A DNA stretch of 64,000 nucleotides from the human T2T-CHM13v2.0 reference genome, Homo sapiens, in NCBI RefSeq assembly GCF_009914755.1, contig NC_060928.1; one strand, 5' to 3'. Below the pieces are notes generated by a model that saw only the letters and a list, made by a program, of their open reading frames with translations, was not told the DNA's origin and did not search any database. Of the stretch, positions 50,136 through 64,000 are shown piece after piece (within the stretch, counting starts at the first letter, position 1; every line of letters starts with the position of its first letter). A program made the translations under genes and the position numbers.

Positions 50136-51679
50136 ATACTTGACTACATGTTTCCTAAAATCAGGATATTATCTTACATAACCATAGTGCAAATATTAAA
50201 AATCAGGACATTAACATAGTAGACTGTTTCTCCATTTGGGCTTGTCTGATGTTTTCTCATGTTGATATTCTGATAATGAATTTGGGGCAGAAAAAGTGCA
50301 GAGGTGATACTGTGTCCTTTTTAGGGGACTCTATCAGGAGACATAATGATGTTGCTTTGTCCTATTACTAGTGCTGGTAGCTTTGATTTCCTCATGTCTG
50401 CCAGGTTTCTCCATGGTTAAGTTTCTATTTTTTTCTTTCTATTTAATTAGTATCTGTTGGGGGAGCTAATTTGAAATTATGTAAACATCTCACTGTTCCT
50501 CAAGCTTTTACTTTGATTTTAACATGTTAAGCAATACTTCCCTGAATTAATTATTTATATGGTGGTTTCTTAATGGTGATTTTCTCAGTACTTTATTTCT
50601 TCTACATTTATTGGTTGGTTTGCTACTATAAAAATAGGTTTTTTCATTTTTAAAAGATATTTTTATCACCATGAACTCAGATTCCTATTTTACTCAGTGG
50701 GTTATAGTTTTTTATTGTCATTATTTATTTTGGTGGTTAAATAAAATGAAACCAGGATGATAATTCTGAGGTCTGTTCAGTGTCAGTTTCTTTAAGCTAG
50801 CTTTGACATGTCCCCATCATTCTTTGAGCATTTCCTTACTTTCTGTGACAAGTTGATCCAGGCTCATTTTGTATTTTCCCAGCTCCAGCCTTAGAATCAG
50901 CCATTTCCCAAAGAAAGATCCCTGGCTTCTTTTAATACATAGGATTTAGAAACCAAGAGCTAAGCATTACGTGTGCTTATTGCTATGAGGGTATTATTAA
51001 TTGTAGGTTCTCTCAGTGGAAAGAGATAAGACATAGATATTTGTGAGTTTATATATGTAGTATGTATATACACACTGTGAATTCCTACTGATTTCTCCAT
51101 TTCCCATTAAATACCATCGTTTTCCCTTTTCAGTATTTATAATGGCCTTCTTCAATAGTGAGAAATAAGACTCCCAATGTCCACAATCCATTTGCTTATT
51201 TTCATAATTCTAGAATACACAGTAATGCCAGAATTGCTTACCCATACCTCTGTGGAGAAGAAGCCTATGCCCAGAGCTCAGCATTTGTTCATTCCTATTT
51301 TTCTTTAGCCTGAAGACATACAGTCCAAATAATATATTCGGAAGTAATTTGCATTAGTTTTTTTTCTCTTCAGTACACTTATGTTATTCATTTAAAATAT
51401 ATTTCAGTTTATTCTTTTCTGTATATATTCCATGTGGGTTTCTATCTTAATCTCAAAGCCAGAAGTGTTCAAAGAGGTAAACTCAGAGGCATGTCACTGT
51501 GCCACTTATTGCTTTCATCTTTTCCATCCGCCTATCTTTTCCACTCAGTGCCCTTCTGCCCCCTCACCCCAGTAAGTTCCAGTTATTAGTTCCTTATTTC
51601 TTTCTTATGTTTCTTTTTTGAATGAAGGAGAAGATATAAGGATATTTTCTTATGTACTATTGAGCCACTTCCTTTTTAA

Positions 51680-51904
51680 AAAATTTAGCTTAATATTTAA
51701 ATAATGACAAATATAATTGTATGTATTCATGGGGTGCATAGTGATGTTTCAATACATGTAATACATAGAGCTCAGATTAGGATAATTAGCATGTCCATCA
51801 TCTCAAACATTTATCATTTCTTTGTGTTGGGAACATTCAATAATACCCTCCCTCTGGCTATTTGAAAAAATGTGTTATTGTTAACTGTAATCATCCCACA
51901 GTGT
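51680..51904 (-). mobile_element. L1MA (L1MA4/5-like) 3' fragment
   Basis: aattgtatgtattcatggggtgcatagtgatgtttcaatac...tccatcatctcaaacatttatcatttctttgtgttgggaacattcaa. Confidence 0.8.
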
Positions 51905-52754
51905 GAACCTCTCTGCTTTATCATTTGTTTCTAATATTTTGCAGTGAAAAGTAATGCTGACCCTCTGCAAATATATTTTCATACTATTGGAGGTGTAGCT
52001 TTAAGGTAATTTCTACAAGTAGGACTCTAAGTTCAAAAGACCAACATATATGTTGTTTTTCTAGATGTTACCAAATTCGCCTTCATAAGGGCTGAATCAG
52101 TTTGCATCACTTCAGCAATACATTAGAGTTCCGGCTTTCCCACAGCTTTGCCAACAGAGTATGTTATCACACTCTAAAAACTCTACTTATGACATGTTGG
52201 TATAGTTTTAACCTGCATTTATTTTATTATAAGTATGGCTGAACATCTTTTCATTTACTTGAGCTGTTTGTGCTATTTGTGACATCATATATCGTTTCCG
52301 TGAATTGTCTGTTCATATCCTTTATTCATTGTTATATTGGGTTTTGTTTTTTTAATTTCTCCGTATTCTTTAAGAGTTCTTTAAATATTAGGTATATTAT
52401 TATCCCTTTATCTGTGAGACATGTTGCAAATATTCTCTTTAAGTTGGTTCATTGTCTGCTGTCTGCTTAACTTAAGCAAAGAAATAGTAATCTTAGCAAG
52501 TAAAGAATAAACATTCCCTTTCTATCTTGTTTAAACTATTTGTATGCTTACTAATCATTTTTACCCCATATACTATAAAGGTAAACTTCAACAGAGATTT
52601 GAATTGATAACATTTTATAGAGAGGCATACAGCACTCCCTGTTCATTTGTCCTGGTTTGAATTCTAAAAGTGAAGAAAAATGTCAATAATAAAAGCACAA
52701 ATAAATAAATGTCTCAAATTAAAAGCTTGCTTCTTTTTTTCCCCCATTCTCCTA

Positions 52755-52987
52755 TTTTTTTTTTCTTTGAGATGGAGTTTCACTCTTGTTGCCCAGGCTG
52801 GATGGAGTTCCAAGACCCCGTCTCTGCTCACTGCAACCTCCACCTCTCGGTTTAAGCGATTCTCCTGCTTCAGCCTCCGGAGTAGCTGGGATTACAGGCA
52901 CCTGCCACCACGCCCGGCTAATTTTTGTATTTTTAGTAGAGACAAGGTTTCACCATGTCCGTCAGGCTGGTTTCGAACTCCTGACCT
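52755..52987 (-). mobile_element. Alu (AluSp/Sq-like), 5'-truncated
   Basis: gagatggagtttcactcttgttgcccagg...; stops at gaactcctgacctc and lacks the Alu 5' end. Confidence 0.92.
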
Positions 52988-55900
52988 CTCCCCTGTTTTA
53001 TTGCTTTCTACCCTTAGTACCAATTCTCCTTAGACCAAGAACACTCTGTATGAATGTTTATTTTTAACTAACACATACAGCTTTGTTGCTCTTTGAAAAT
53101 TTATTCAACACTCTCTTCTTTTTTGAAATGTTACATGTTTGTCTTCTTTCTCATTAGTTTCTTGCCAATGTCCAATATTTTGTTTGGTGTCTAGTATCCC
53201 TGGAGGTATAAGCAACGCCTTTCCCTGTGCGTTTGCTCTGTCAGTCCCTTTGGTACCATGTTTAAAACGCTCTTCTTTTTAGGATGATCATTTCTCAGTC
53301 GGTTAGTGAAATGACACTAGGGGCATGAAAGCATGTGGCATTAAGCGATGTGTGTAAGCATTGGGAGATCTCCTAGAAACAAACTCTGGAAGTCTGAGAG
53401 TCATTAATAAGCCTCCGTAATTGGCAGGGGTTGGAGGTGGGAGAGTGCTGGACAGAAAGTGCAGTGTGGGGCAAGTAGGCTGCACTCCTTTGGAAGTGGA
53501 GCACTTTCTGTTTCTTTTCTTTTCTTTTAATGCTTAAATGAAGGTAGCTTTGAGAGGAATTAGGAGCAGTTTCCTGAGTGCTTTGCATGTCCACCTTTTC
53601 ATTATCAGCCCATTACATACACATCTGCACACACAACACAGTAAACCCAGGAGCAGGGATCCTCAGAAGCACATTCTGAAATTACTGGAGAAGGAAAAGA
53701 GAAGCTAAAGCCTGGAGAGCAGTAGAACCATGGAATGCAAACACATCCATTCTGCTGTTAACTGTTTTACTAGGGAATGTTGGTTACAGATAGTGACATA
53801 AGAGAGCAAGGTTGTAGAAATACCACTGTAGAAAGCAGTAGAAAGAGTAATAAGAGTAAAATAGTTAAAAACAAAGTGTAAATTTCCAGTGTCCACATGG
53901 GTTTGGAAATGCTTACAAGTGGTGTCATGCAGAGCAAATGTTATGGGTTGTCTCTGTTCACTCCAATCCTCCTGCATATTTACTTTTGGAGATGATATAA
54001 ACAGATATCAATAAAACATAGGTTGATTAAAAGGCTGTTATCTAAAGAGTATTATAACTATTGCTGTAGAGCCACGTTTTACTCTTTCTTTTCTTTTTTA
54101 TTGGCAATTCAAAATTCAGTATCTATGATTTGCAAGGAAACATAAAAAAGTAAGTGATGGAGACCCTGTGACAATACAGGTTCCCTTAACTAACATTCCT
54201 GAGTTCTTCATACTAGATGTGTTTTCCTTTACATGGGATAGGGAATGATAATAGCTCAATGATTCCGAAGGATTCAACTTTTGAATACAAGCCATAGACA
54301 CAGAACCAAATTGAGGTAATAAAAAGAAAAAAAAACCAAAAACATTTTGTATATAAGTAAAAACCTTATTTGTACACTTACTTTATAATAATCTCTTCTC
54401 CTTTTCATTCTTGACCCCAAAATTTTTATACTAAACTTTATCTGTTTTAGTGCAGGGTCACATGAATTTTCAAGGCTTTTAATATTTTCACACAGTACGA
54501 ATTCAGTTCACTCCAAGTTAGCCCCTCATATGCCGAAGACCGGCCTCGGTGTGGTGGAGCATGCAAAGAAAAGCTCAACATGGTCTCAACTCTGACAATG
54601 TAATCTTTTAGTATAGGGATAGCAATCTAGAAATTTGGGAAATGGGCAAACCTAGCAAAGCAGAAAAAACTCTGGGGAGGTCATCATGACTCCCTCAGGT
54701 TCAGAATTGAAGTCCCAGTAGAGCAATGCTCTCAGCTCCTTCCAAGGCCTACTTAGCCTGGAACACTCCCCATGCTCACAGCAGTCATAGATGATACACA
54801 GCTGTCTTATTGCCTGCAAAGAGGAGCAGAAGAGAGGAGAGGAAGTTTTACTGATAAAACAGAAAGCAGGGTCAAATCACCTAGGTTTGCCGTTTCCAGA
54901 ACTAGAATATTGAAAGCAAATCAGATACAGCTTTGCAAATATAAAGCATCTTTACACATAAAGATGTTGAGAAGCAGTCATGATATGGCCTATGTAATGA
55001 ATTTATTTTAGAACAAAGGGCAAAATCAGCAGATTATTTTTCACACAATGGGATGCACAGATGTCATCTACCCATGCACTGACTGATCTTCTGTTTCTTG
55101 TTGGTCTCTTCCTGCAGCACACAAACTCTTTGTGAACAAAATTATGAACAGTTATTGCCCAAATAAGAGTTCTTCAACAGATAGGACAGGGGTAAAATTA
55201 TAGCAGGAGATTTGGGGATAGATAGCATCATCTTTTTTCCTCTAATTACAGGATGAGTAGATACATGAAAGAAAATTTACTAAGTGTAGATAAGAAAAAT
55301 TACAAAATAAAAATTATTCACAGAATTAAACACTCTGATCATCTGTTATATTTTACTAAGTCTATCCTCCTAAATATGTGTAGATAATATAAATGTGCAT
55401 ATCAACAAAACCATTGGACCATTTATTTAATAACATGTCTGTCTTCTGTGCATCTCTTCATTATTTCTCTCTTCATAATATCTACTGGTATATTATTCTA
55501 TTATATTGATGTATCATACTTTAATATTTTATTGTTGAAAATTATATTTTTGTTGTTTCTCAATATTACTTTTATAATAATATCTACCATTCATTGGATG
55601 TTTATAATCGCTCCTGGGCTTCATTAAGCAACGTTTATTGGACAGTTTCAACCCATTGGTTCTTATCATGGGATGAATTTTTTTCTGCAGTCGTACCTCC
55701 CAGTCTTGCTATTTTGGATCTTGGTTGTTTGTTACACAGCAATTTCATGATGACATACAAAGAAAATTCCACAGAGTTCCCATTATTTTCAATTATTAGT
55801 CATTTTCCTAGTTTAAAACTCAAACTCGAGTACAGGACCATTCTTCTCAGAGTCCTTAGAGATTTCTTCATCACAGAGTTCCCTGATGTGGAGAAGCACA

Positions 55901-56427
55901 AGATTGAACCTGACTGAGCAATTTCCTGCCTTCTTAGCTCCCACCTCCCACCTCCTAGGTGCTCATAGGACAGCACTCTGCAGGAGGGCCCTAGCAAAAT
56001 GGCAGCTCAACCCTGGCTATCTCTAGCAGTGTTTCTTGCCATACAGAAACTCAGGAATTTCAGCCCCACAAAATGAGGAGGATGCAGCTTGCCTCTGCAT
56101 TATGCTCCCACTATGTTTACTCTATTACCTCTCACCAATTTGCTATTTTTTGTTTCACGTAGCCACAAAATGATCAAAAAGCTACTTAAAATGCCAACTT
56201 CTCCTTCTTGCAGAGATCCTTAATCTTTTCAAGTGATTCATCTGATGCTCTACCTACCTAGCTCCTCTGCACACTTAGTTAAACCATGCCCCTTGGGAGA
56301 GAAAACCCATAGTCATGTCTCTCCCCAACCTAAAGGAGCTGACAACTCATTAATCTGAAGATTTCCTTCTCTTTTCCTCACCTGTCTTTTGCTTGTATAA
56401 ACTAAAGTTTATACAGATGGTCTAAGC

Positions 56428-56585
56428 GAGTGTTAATCAAAACTTAATGTGCACCTGAGTCACCCAGGAACTTTTTAGAATGAAGATTCTAACTCCATAA
56501 TTGTGAGGTGGGGCCTGAGATTCCTATCAGGTTCCCAGGTGATGCTGATGCTGCTGGCTTATGGACCACACGTAGATTAGCAAGG
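56428..56585. mobile_element. MER5 element
   Basis: cttaatgtgcacctgagtcacccagg...ggggcctgagattc...cccaggtgatgctgatgctgctgg...ggaccacac. Confidence 0.8.
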
Positions 56586-56594
56586 GTCTAGTGA

Positions 56595-56947
<353 letters not shown>

Positions 56948-59639
56948 TTTTCCCCCTTTTTAGAAGACCTTAGAGGGCTCTGTGGCCCCAACTGCTGGCT
57001 GCTGCCCTGTAAATATGGGGTTCTAAGTCATGGTCCCTGGACTTGAGCTCCATTGTTGATTTCAGGTGAACACAAAAAGTTTCCTTCAGTATTTGTTGTC
57101 ACATGTATTATCTTACTTCATTTTCACATAACATTAGTATTATCTCTGTTTTACCAATGAAGAAATTGAGGCTTCAAGAAGTTAAATTGCTCATCCAAGA
57201 TTACATAGCTATACATACACAAACCAAGAAAAAAATCCCATTCTGTTCAGTCTCTCTTCAACCCTTTCCCCCGATGATTCTTGCTACTGTAATAGTATCT
57301 TGCACCCTAGGGCAGTTTTCACAAAAATTGCAATGAAATTGTTTGCTGTAATAACAATAAGAACTGAAGTTTATTAAGCATTACTATTAATAAATGCCAT
57401 GCCCAGTATTGAGAACTTTTTCCTGCATTATTTTGTTAATTTTCACATCTGCTCAAAGAGGTGGTTTAACTTTGGAGAAGTTAAGAAGTTAGTATTGACT
57501 GCTTCACTCCAAAGCCCAAGATGTGAAATGTAACACTATGTTGTGGTATATATGGCTATAGCAGTATCTTTTTGGTTTTAATCCCAGAAAAAGAGGTAAT
57601 TCCAGTGAGCTACAGAAAGAAGTAAAGATAGATAGATGGATGTTTGTAAGATGATTTTGTAAGTTGTAATAAAAAAGCTTGCCACTAAATTATTTGGAGT
57701 TTTCTATAAACTTCCAATGCACACTTACTGAGATGTGATGATACCTTATTAGATATGAACTGAATTGTTACATGGACTTAAGTGTTTGTCATTTCATGAG
57801 CTGATGTTCCTGGAAGTTTACAAGTCTGGGTCTCCTGCTAATTTGTAGTATGAGTTGGAGTTTTTCACCTATAAAATTCTGGAGTTTCATTTGTAAATTC
57901 TAGAAAATTACTATAGAATTGAAGATCTGGATGTTCCAATGGCCTAGGAATATGAGGTGCAGAGGATCTAAGTGACTGTTCCAGGGTGACCATGAGCTAG
58001 TTATAGGCTTAAACTCAAATCCAGGTCTCCTGCAATGCACTCCAGGCCTTATTCAATCAGGCTGTGTCTCATTTCCTTTTGCACAAACCTTTGGGGAAAT
58101 GTGCTCGTTCTGAATCTGGTCTCTATAACCCGTTAATGTCCCTCAAGGGAATAGGGATGTTAGGTCTCTATACTGCAGCGTGCACGAGCAACACTAGCTT
58201 CTGCTCTCTAAGCCCAGCTCTTTGCCAACATGTGATTTCTCTGAAGACATCAGCAGACCTAGCACAGGGCATAGTCGGTCCTGGAAATATGAGCCCCTTC
58301 TGCTGTGTATCTATATGCCTGTGACCCGGCATCCTTTTGCCTTTAATGAGATTTTGCAGTGACAGGATTGGAACAGATTGCTGGCATTATGGCAGCCAGG
58401 ATATTGTCAGGAGGAACTTGGCAGTGCTCGTAGGTGTTATGATGCTGGCTCTTTGCTCAAGGGCAAGAATATTAAAGGGAAAATTAGAGATAAAACAGAG
58501 AGTGAGAGGTAATGTCAGAAAAGTTCAGAAGATGAAACCAGTAGCGGTAAATATATAGAAAATGATTTGAGGTTTACACACTTTTGAGTCCTTGGTGAGT
58601 GAAGACATAGCCAAGAATTGCTTCAGTGATATTCCTTCATAAATCTGCATAATAATCTCTCGGCGGGGCTTTGGTGAAATTACAAGTATTCATTTACTAA
58701 ATTGGGTTCAGTGTCTGTATCACGCACACCATATGAATATTCAGTGCAGTGAATGCTTCCCAAGCTATGTTGAAGTTAACACATAAGCTGAATATAACTC
58801 AAGTGGAACTCAAAATTGCACGCTTACTTTAACTTAACAGAGGTCCTAGTGTCTTGAAGAATTGGACCCACCCCCACCCCAGTATGTCAATTAATACTCA
58901 TTCTAATAAAACCAAATGTAAAGTGCTTTCAGTATTTGTATCTGATTTTTGGCATTAAGTAGTTTTCTTTATAACAGAGGATTAGGATAATAATACACAA
59001 GGCTATGAATGGTTCCTTAGAACACAGTGGCAGCTGCCAAGCAGATTCAAGAAGAATGTTTAATTACAATACTCAGTAATAACAACAAAGAAAAAGTTCA
59101 ATGAGAAGAAACAACTCTATTATGAGACAAAGGTCTGTGCTGAGTGAAAGAGGAACAGTGGAACACAGACATTGTTGTAGCTGGAGTTGCCTTGGCAGCT
59201 GATGGGCATTTCACCTTAAAACTTGAGCATTTTTCTTCTCAAAGCAACTCAGTTGGCTTTCTAGGGTAAACATACAGAATCACTTCTATTTCCAAAAAAA
59301 TGCATTTTTCCACAAACTAAAATTAGTAATTCTCAGAGAAGAGTGATCACTGCCAGTTCTGTATAGCAAAAGAGCACTTAACTAGGAGTCAGGCAGCTTG
59401 AGTTCTCATGCAGAACTCTATAACAAACCAACTATTTAAACCTCAAACAGCTGGTTAGTCTCTCTGAGCCTCTCTTGATTATGAACTTTTCCATGATATT
59501 TTGATTATACATACATATTTTGATACAAAAATATTCCTTTGGAAAAATTCTTAGTCATAATATTTTATATTGTCCTAAAGTATAATGTGAGTTCAGATCC
59601 ACAGTAAATAGTCAAATGCAGTATGTGAAGTTTTATTGA

Positions 59640-59850
59640 AAGACAGTATTCACTTATACTTATTATACGGGAGGTATTATGCTAAATGTGCTTCACATGC
59701 AAAATGTCAGCCACTAAGGTAGCTTTATTATTATCTTCACTTTGTAGGTGGAGAAATTGAAGCCCCCAAAATTTAAGTCACTTGCCCAATGTCTTGCCCA
59801 GTTAGTCAGTAGCAAAACTGAGATTCAAACTCCAGTTTCTTTAACTCCAA
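59640..59850 (-). mobile_element. MIR
   Basis: attatcttcactttgtaggtggagaaattgaagccc...aagtcacttgcccaatgtc...gagattcaaactccag; further MIR pieces at ~57100-57210, ~57870-58040 and ~59370-59470. Confidence 0.75.
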
Positions 59851-62800
59851 TATGCTTTTAACTATTTGCACCTCCTTCCTGTAGAACAGCTGGATGCATG
59901 CTGAGCTTTTCTTATCCATCACTAGTGTGTGCTGCAGAAATTGATTTGGGTTCTTAATTGAGTGTATTAATCATCTAAAGAGGTCTAGACTGAGGTATGG
60001 GAAGACACTTGCTTAAAGGACAAAGCTTTGAATTTCAGAGGCGCTGAAAGAGGGAGTCATGGAGGCTCAAATCACTATGCTTAGCCATGGGAAGCAATTG
60101 GAGAGGCTGGTTTCCTCCTATTTTTAAGGATATTACTTTCAGATATCTGTTGCCGTGAGGCAAATATGATAAAGAAGCCTACAAATTAGCAAATAGCACC
60201 TGGGAGGACAGTCATGACAGTGGGTTGCACATACAAAACAGGAAGGAGTAACCTCACTTGTATGGGTCTTACCAATGGGAGGAGGTTTTGAAAAGCTAAT
60301 GCAAGGATTTGGGGAATGGTAAATCTGAAAAAAGAAAAAGGTTTATTTTAGCAGAGATAGTAAGTCTGGATTAGAACACATAGAGGTTGCAGCTAGAGAA
60401 TTGGGTGTGGAATTTTTCTTAATGATGTAAGACAAGCCAAGTCTGGGGAAAAGAATTTAGTGGTGGTTATCAAAAGATATGAATAAAATATCTGGAAGGA
60501 GATTCATCAGTCTCAGGTGATGAGGTGTCAAGATGCAGTCTCATCATAGGGAATGCTTCTCCATGGGAATATTTGTTCTTGGAGAGGTGCCAGAAGGGAA
60601 ACTAGGTGCCGAAGTCAGCTTAAGCTTATAGCAATGTACATGAAAAATAAAAAGATTTCCTAAACATGAAATTAGAGAAAATCCATTTTTCTGTAAAAAC
60701 ATTCAAAGTTAGACCATTATATCCCATCAAACATGATAATCTGATAGAATGGAAATGGCTAAGAATGACTTGCTAAAGAAAACTGTAGAAGAAGAATAGA
60801 AAGGCCTTTGGGTATTCTTGTAACTAGGGAGAGGACTGAAGAATATTTTGAAAAGGTAGAAGGTGAGATTTATTATGTCAAAGTTTAAAGACCTACAGAA
60901 TGTAATTAATTGGGTTAGAAAGCAAGCTTTGGCAATTGGCCTGAAGGGGATAGGGAAGATCAAAGAGGTCTTCCTCAAAGAGGTCAAATTGAGTTGACCT
61001 AAATTTGTCCTCAGATATTTGCTACTAACATGCCCTAGAAGGATCATTGCCATTGTTGAGTTACCATAAAGATTAAAGTAAAACATCTTTATCCTTACAT
61101 TCATAGATTCAAGCCTGGTAGTAGAGAGAGTGTCTTCTTACATTCACAGTGTAAATAAAGAAGCAGTCATGTGCCTATGAAGCTGCCCATCTCACATATT
61201 TAGAGTCAAAAAAATTATTTTAAATAAAAAATGATCTAATTCCAATACATTTTTATTTTCATTAAAATTGAGAATGCTACCATGGTGAGTGAGTAAATCA
61301 GGAAGGAAAGCATAACCAGGTCATTGGAAAATGTTTTAACTGTGGTTTTCCACTAATGGAGATGGTGTTTATAAAGTCATATGACCAAAAAGAGGATCCT
61401 CCTTCCACACTCCATAAGTGTTCTCGTTAGTGTGACTCTAGGCAGGGATCATTGGAAATGTACGTATCCAGGGTTAGATGGGCCTTCACTACGCTCTGCT
61501 TAGCCAGCTAACAGAGCATGGAGCTCAGCCCCAAGGAGATCAGAAGAGGATTCGTGGTCCTTGGTGACTTTACTTAGGTTAAAATGAAGCATCCTGATTT
61601 CAGAAAACAACATTCAGTAGGAGCCCTGACCTTGCACTGGCAGGCAATGAAGCTGGAAAAACACACCCTTAGGCCAGAACATTTTCAGAGCAGAGAGTTG
61701 ACTTAGGTTCTTTTATTTAAATGGTTTTTACTTCATCAAACTTTTTTATTATCTATAAGACAAATGATTTAAAAAAATTCCTTGAAAAAATAACAAACCA
61801 AACAAAGCAGAAAGGATTTTTTGGTTTATTCTCTAGACCTCTCTCCTTCCTTACTAAGATCAGTTTCTCTGTGGATATAATTATCAGATCAGTAAGCTGC
61901 AACCACGAATCGCAAAAGCAAAATGAATTGTCTGATTTAAAAGGCAAAGGTGGTTTATCTTGGTTTTATACATTTTGATTATGAGATATTGAATATGTAA
62001 ACAAAGTTGGGGTAACATGTCCAGACATAATAGTTTTCATGTTGCCATCCTTTATTATGGAAATGGTTAGGCAGTATGTCCTGGCCAGCACTCAGTAGTC
62101 CTTTCAATTAATTTAAAGGGGCTACGACTTTTAAAATCAGGTACCTATACAGACTTTAAACCTTTCATCAAGCACATTTCTGGTTCCTGTTGACTTCAGC
62201 AGAACTTGTTTTAGCACCAGTTTAACAACGATTGGTCATATTCAATGACCTTGAAGATGAATTAGGGGGAGGGAACGGTTGGAGCAATCCATATGCATAT
62301 TTCTATTTAAAGTTTAGTAAGCAGAAGTTAGGTGTTTCATAAGGGAGACTGAAGTTATAATAGAAAATAAATTTTTAAGCAACAATATAAAGGAAATATG
62401 TGATTTCTTGGATGAGGAATAATGGGTTTGATCTTGAGTCTCAAATTTCCCATCTGAGTTATTTGCTGAAAGCCATATATTTAGGGTTTATTTCAGTGTG
62501 TCTGTAAAATGGGAACAATTATTCCACCCTGCTCTACATTAGAAATAAATAACATATAAATGGACTTTGAGATCATAAGATGAAGGGCTATATAAATGTA
62601 AATGATTCAAAATCATTTAAAATGAACCCAACTGAAATTGTAGTTTTAAAAAAGATTCTCATAAATGAATTAAATCAATTGAAGTAAAAATATTACAATA
62701 CATTATAAAGGAATTGCTTTTGAGAAGTTGAGCTTTAATGACTATGAAAAATTAGAGAAAATGCAGTAGATTAATTCACATTTAAGACATGGCTGTTATT

Positions 62801-63349
62801 GTATCAATCTCAAGTTAGAACCAGTATTTCCTGGAATTTCAAATGACCATTTGTTAATATATGGGGGAGAATTCTGTATATGGGCCATAATGTAAGTACA
62901 CAACATTATTATTCATTCCTCTATTCAAATAACACAGCTTTTATTATGTGCCTCTTGTGTTCTAAGCAACATGCTAGGCCCTAGGAATGCCATAGGGAGA
63001 AAAAAGGAGTCCAGGACCTAGACTCACGCTGTCACGGAGATGTCTTGAGTTCTCTTTTATGGCAGAAAGAAGACCTATCAAAATGTCAACAGAAAACATG
63101 AAGCGAGAGGGCGGACATCATCATGTAAAAAGGTTTCGGGATTTCATTACTGAGTTCCAGAACATGGACTCAACATGAGAAAATGTAGAGTGTGGCCATT
63201 GGACAAATTAATGAGCATGTTGCTGTAGTTTCTTCTGCCTTTTTTTTTTTCTCAGCTTGTCTACACTACCTAGAGCATCAGTGCTGAGAATAAAACAGAA
63301 ATGACAAGTCTGAGTTGCTTTGTAACTAGATATACAAGGGGCTGATCAC

Positions 63350-63418
63350 CTTAGAGGATTTGCGAATCCTGGAATGTTGAGATAGGAGCACCTCGATGTT
63401 ATTTTTCAGCTCTTCCAC
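63350..63418 (-). other. Candidate 69-bp spliced exon (unknown gene or lncRNA)
   Basis: Minus strand: ttcacctttcag|GTGGAAGAG...TCCTCTAAG|gtgatc; only one frame is open (VEELKNNIEVLLSQHSRIRKSSK), phase 0-0. Peptide not recognised. Confidence 0.3.
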
Positions 63419-64000
63419 CTGAAAGGTGAAATCCATTAGAAGGATTTGAAGACAACAGAGAAGGTTTTTCACCCTCATCTGAGAAAGGCAAAAAAATTCA
63501 TGTCTAGCTAATCTCATGGAAAATGAGGAAACTTATTTGTACAGTTTTAATAATCTTCTCTATGCTGATCATTAGGACAAAGGGCTAAATGTATTGCTTG
63601 GATCACAGACAACCCATTTTTGTTTTTTTATCATGCCTCACACAAAGTTTTAGCCTCTTTTCTATTTGAAAAATGGAGTGGAAAGGTGGGCGGGGATCAT
63701 TTCCCTTAACATCTTTTAGTTGTTATGAAGTCTGTTGAGATACTACGTCAAATTTTCTCCTCTTTCTGAAGTAACCCTGGGTCCTTTCCGAAGATACTGG
63801 GAAATTTGTAGAGACCAAAGAGTATCTCTCACTTTGACGTCATGTGCTGGCATTGTTTAATGCTGAACCGTTTAGAAACTAGTGAAGTTGTATAATTCAC
63901 TTGGATTTTCTTGCTGGTTATTCCTAGTACAATTTACCTTGTTAATTTGTTCTTAATGAGTTCATCAGCAATGATTTAATACAACACTGAGGAACAGCTT

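Larger units (their letters stand above)
49540..52470 (-). mobile_element. Old L1M (L1MC/MD/ME-like) fragments
   Basis: Antisense L1M 3'-region motifs throughout (aatttcagacatacagaaaagt; gacatgtccccatcattctttgagcatttccttactttctg; gaattgtctgttcatatcc); hosts an MST LTR and an L1MA piece. Confidence 0.7.

Noticed and set aside
55990-56010. CTCF-like motif ctagcaaaatggcagc
   Set aside because: Several mismatches to the core; cannot be supported from sequence alone.

Overview
AT-rich, repeat-dense primate genomic DNA, most likely intergenic or deep intronic. AluY and a HERV-W LTR17 point to a catarrhine, probably human. I see no CpG island, RNA gene, CRISPR array or recognisable host protein-coding gene. 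The long ORFs in the track are retroelement or transposon remnants (L1 ORF1/ORF2, Hsmar1 transposase, THE1-internal). The main elements are: a full-length Hsmar1 mariner (41647-48598) with a near-full-length L1PB1-type LINE inserted in its right terminal inverted repeat (TIR); a complete THE1D MaLR provirus (11082-13436) inserted in the TIR of an internally deleted Tigger1; a solo LTR17 (29255-30054); several MST LTRs, Alus, MER20, MER47A, MER5, L2, MIR and CR1/L3 fragments. The most unusual signal is a set of locally templated rearrangement scars. The largest is a ~670 bp composite insertion (34597-35264) built from one direct and one inverted copy of sequence 1-2.5 kb downstream and flanked by a 38-bp duplication. 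Smaller scars lie in L1 ORF2, in a THE1D LTR and at 39350-39410. A few candidate exons and enhancer-like blocks are reported at low confidence. I find no evidence for a new gene system. Repeat subfamily names come from my recollection of consensus sequences and need RepeatMasker/Dfam confirmation.
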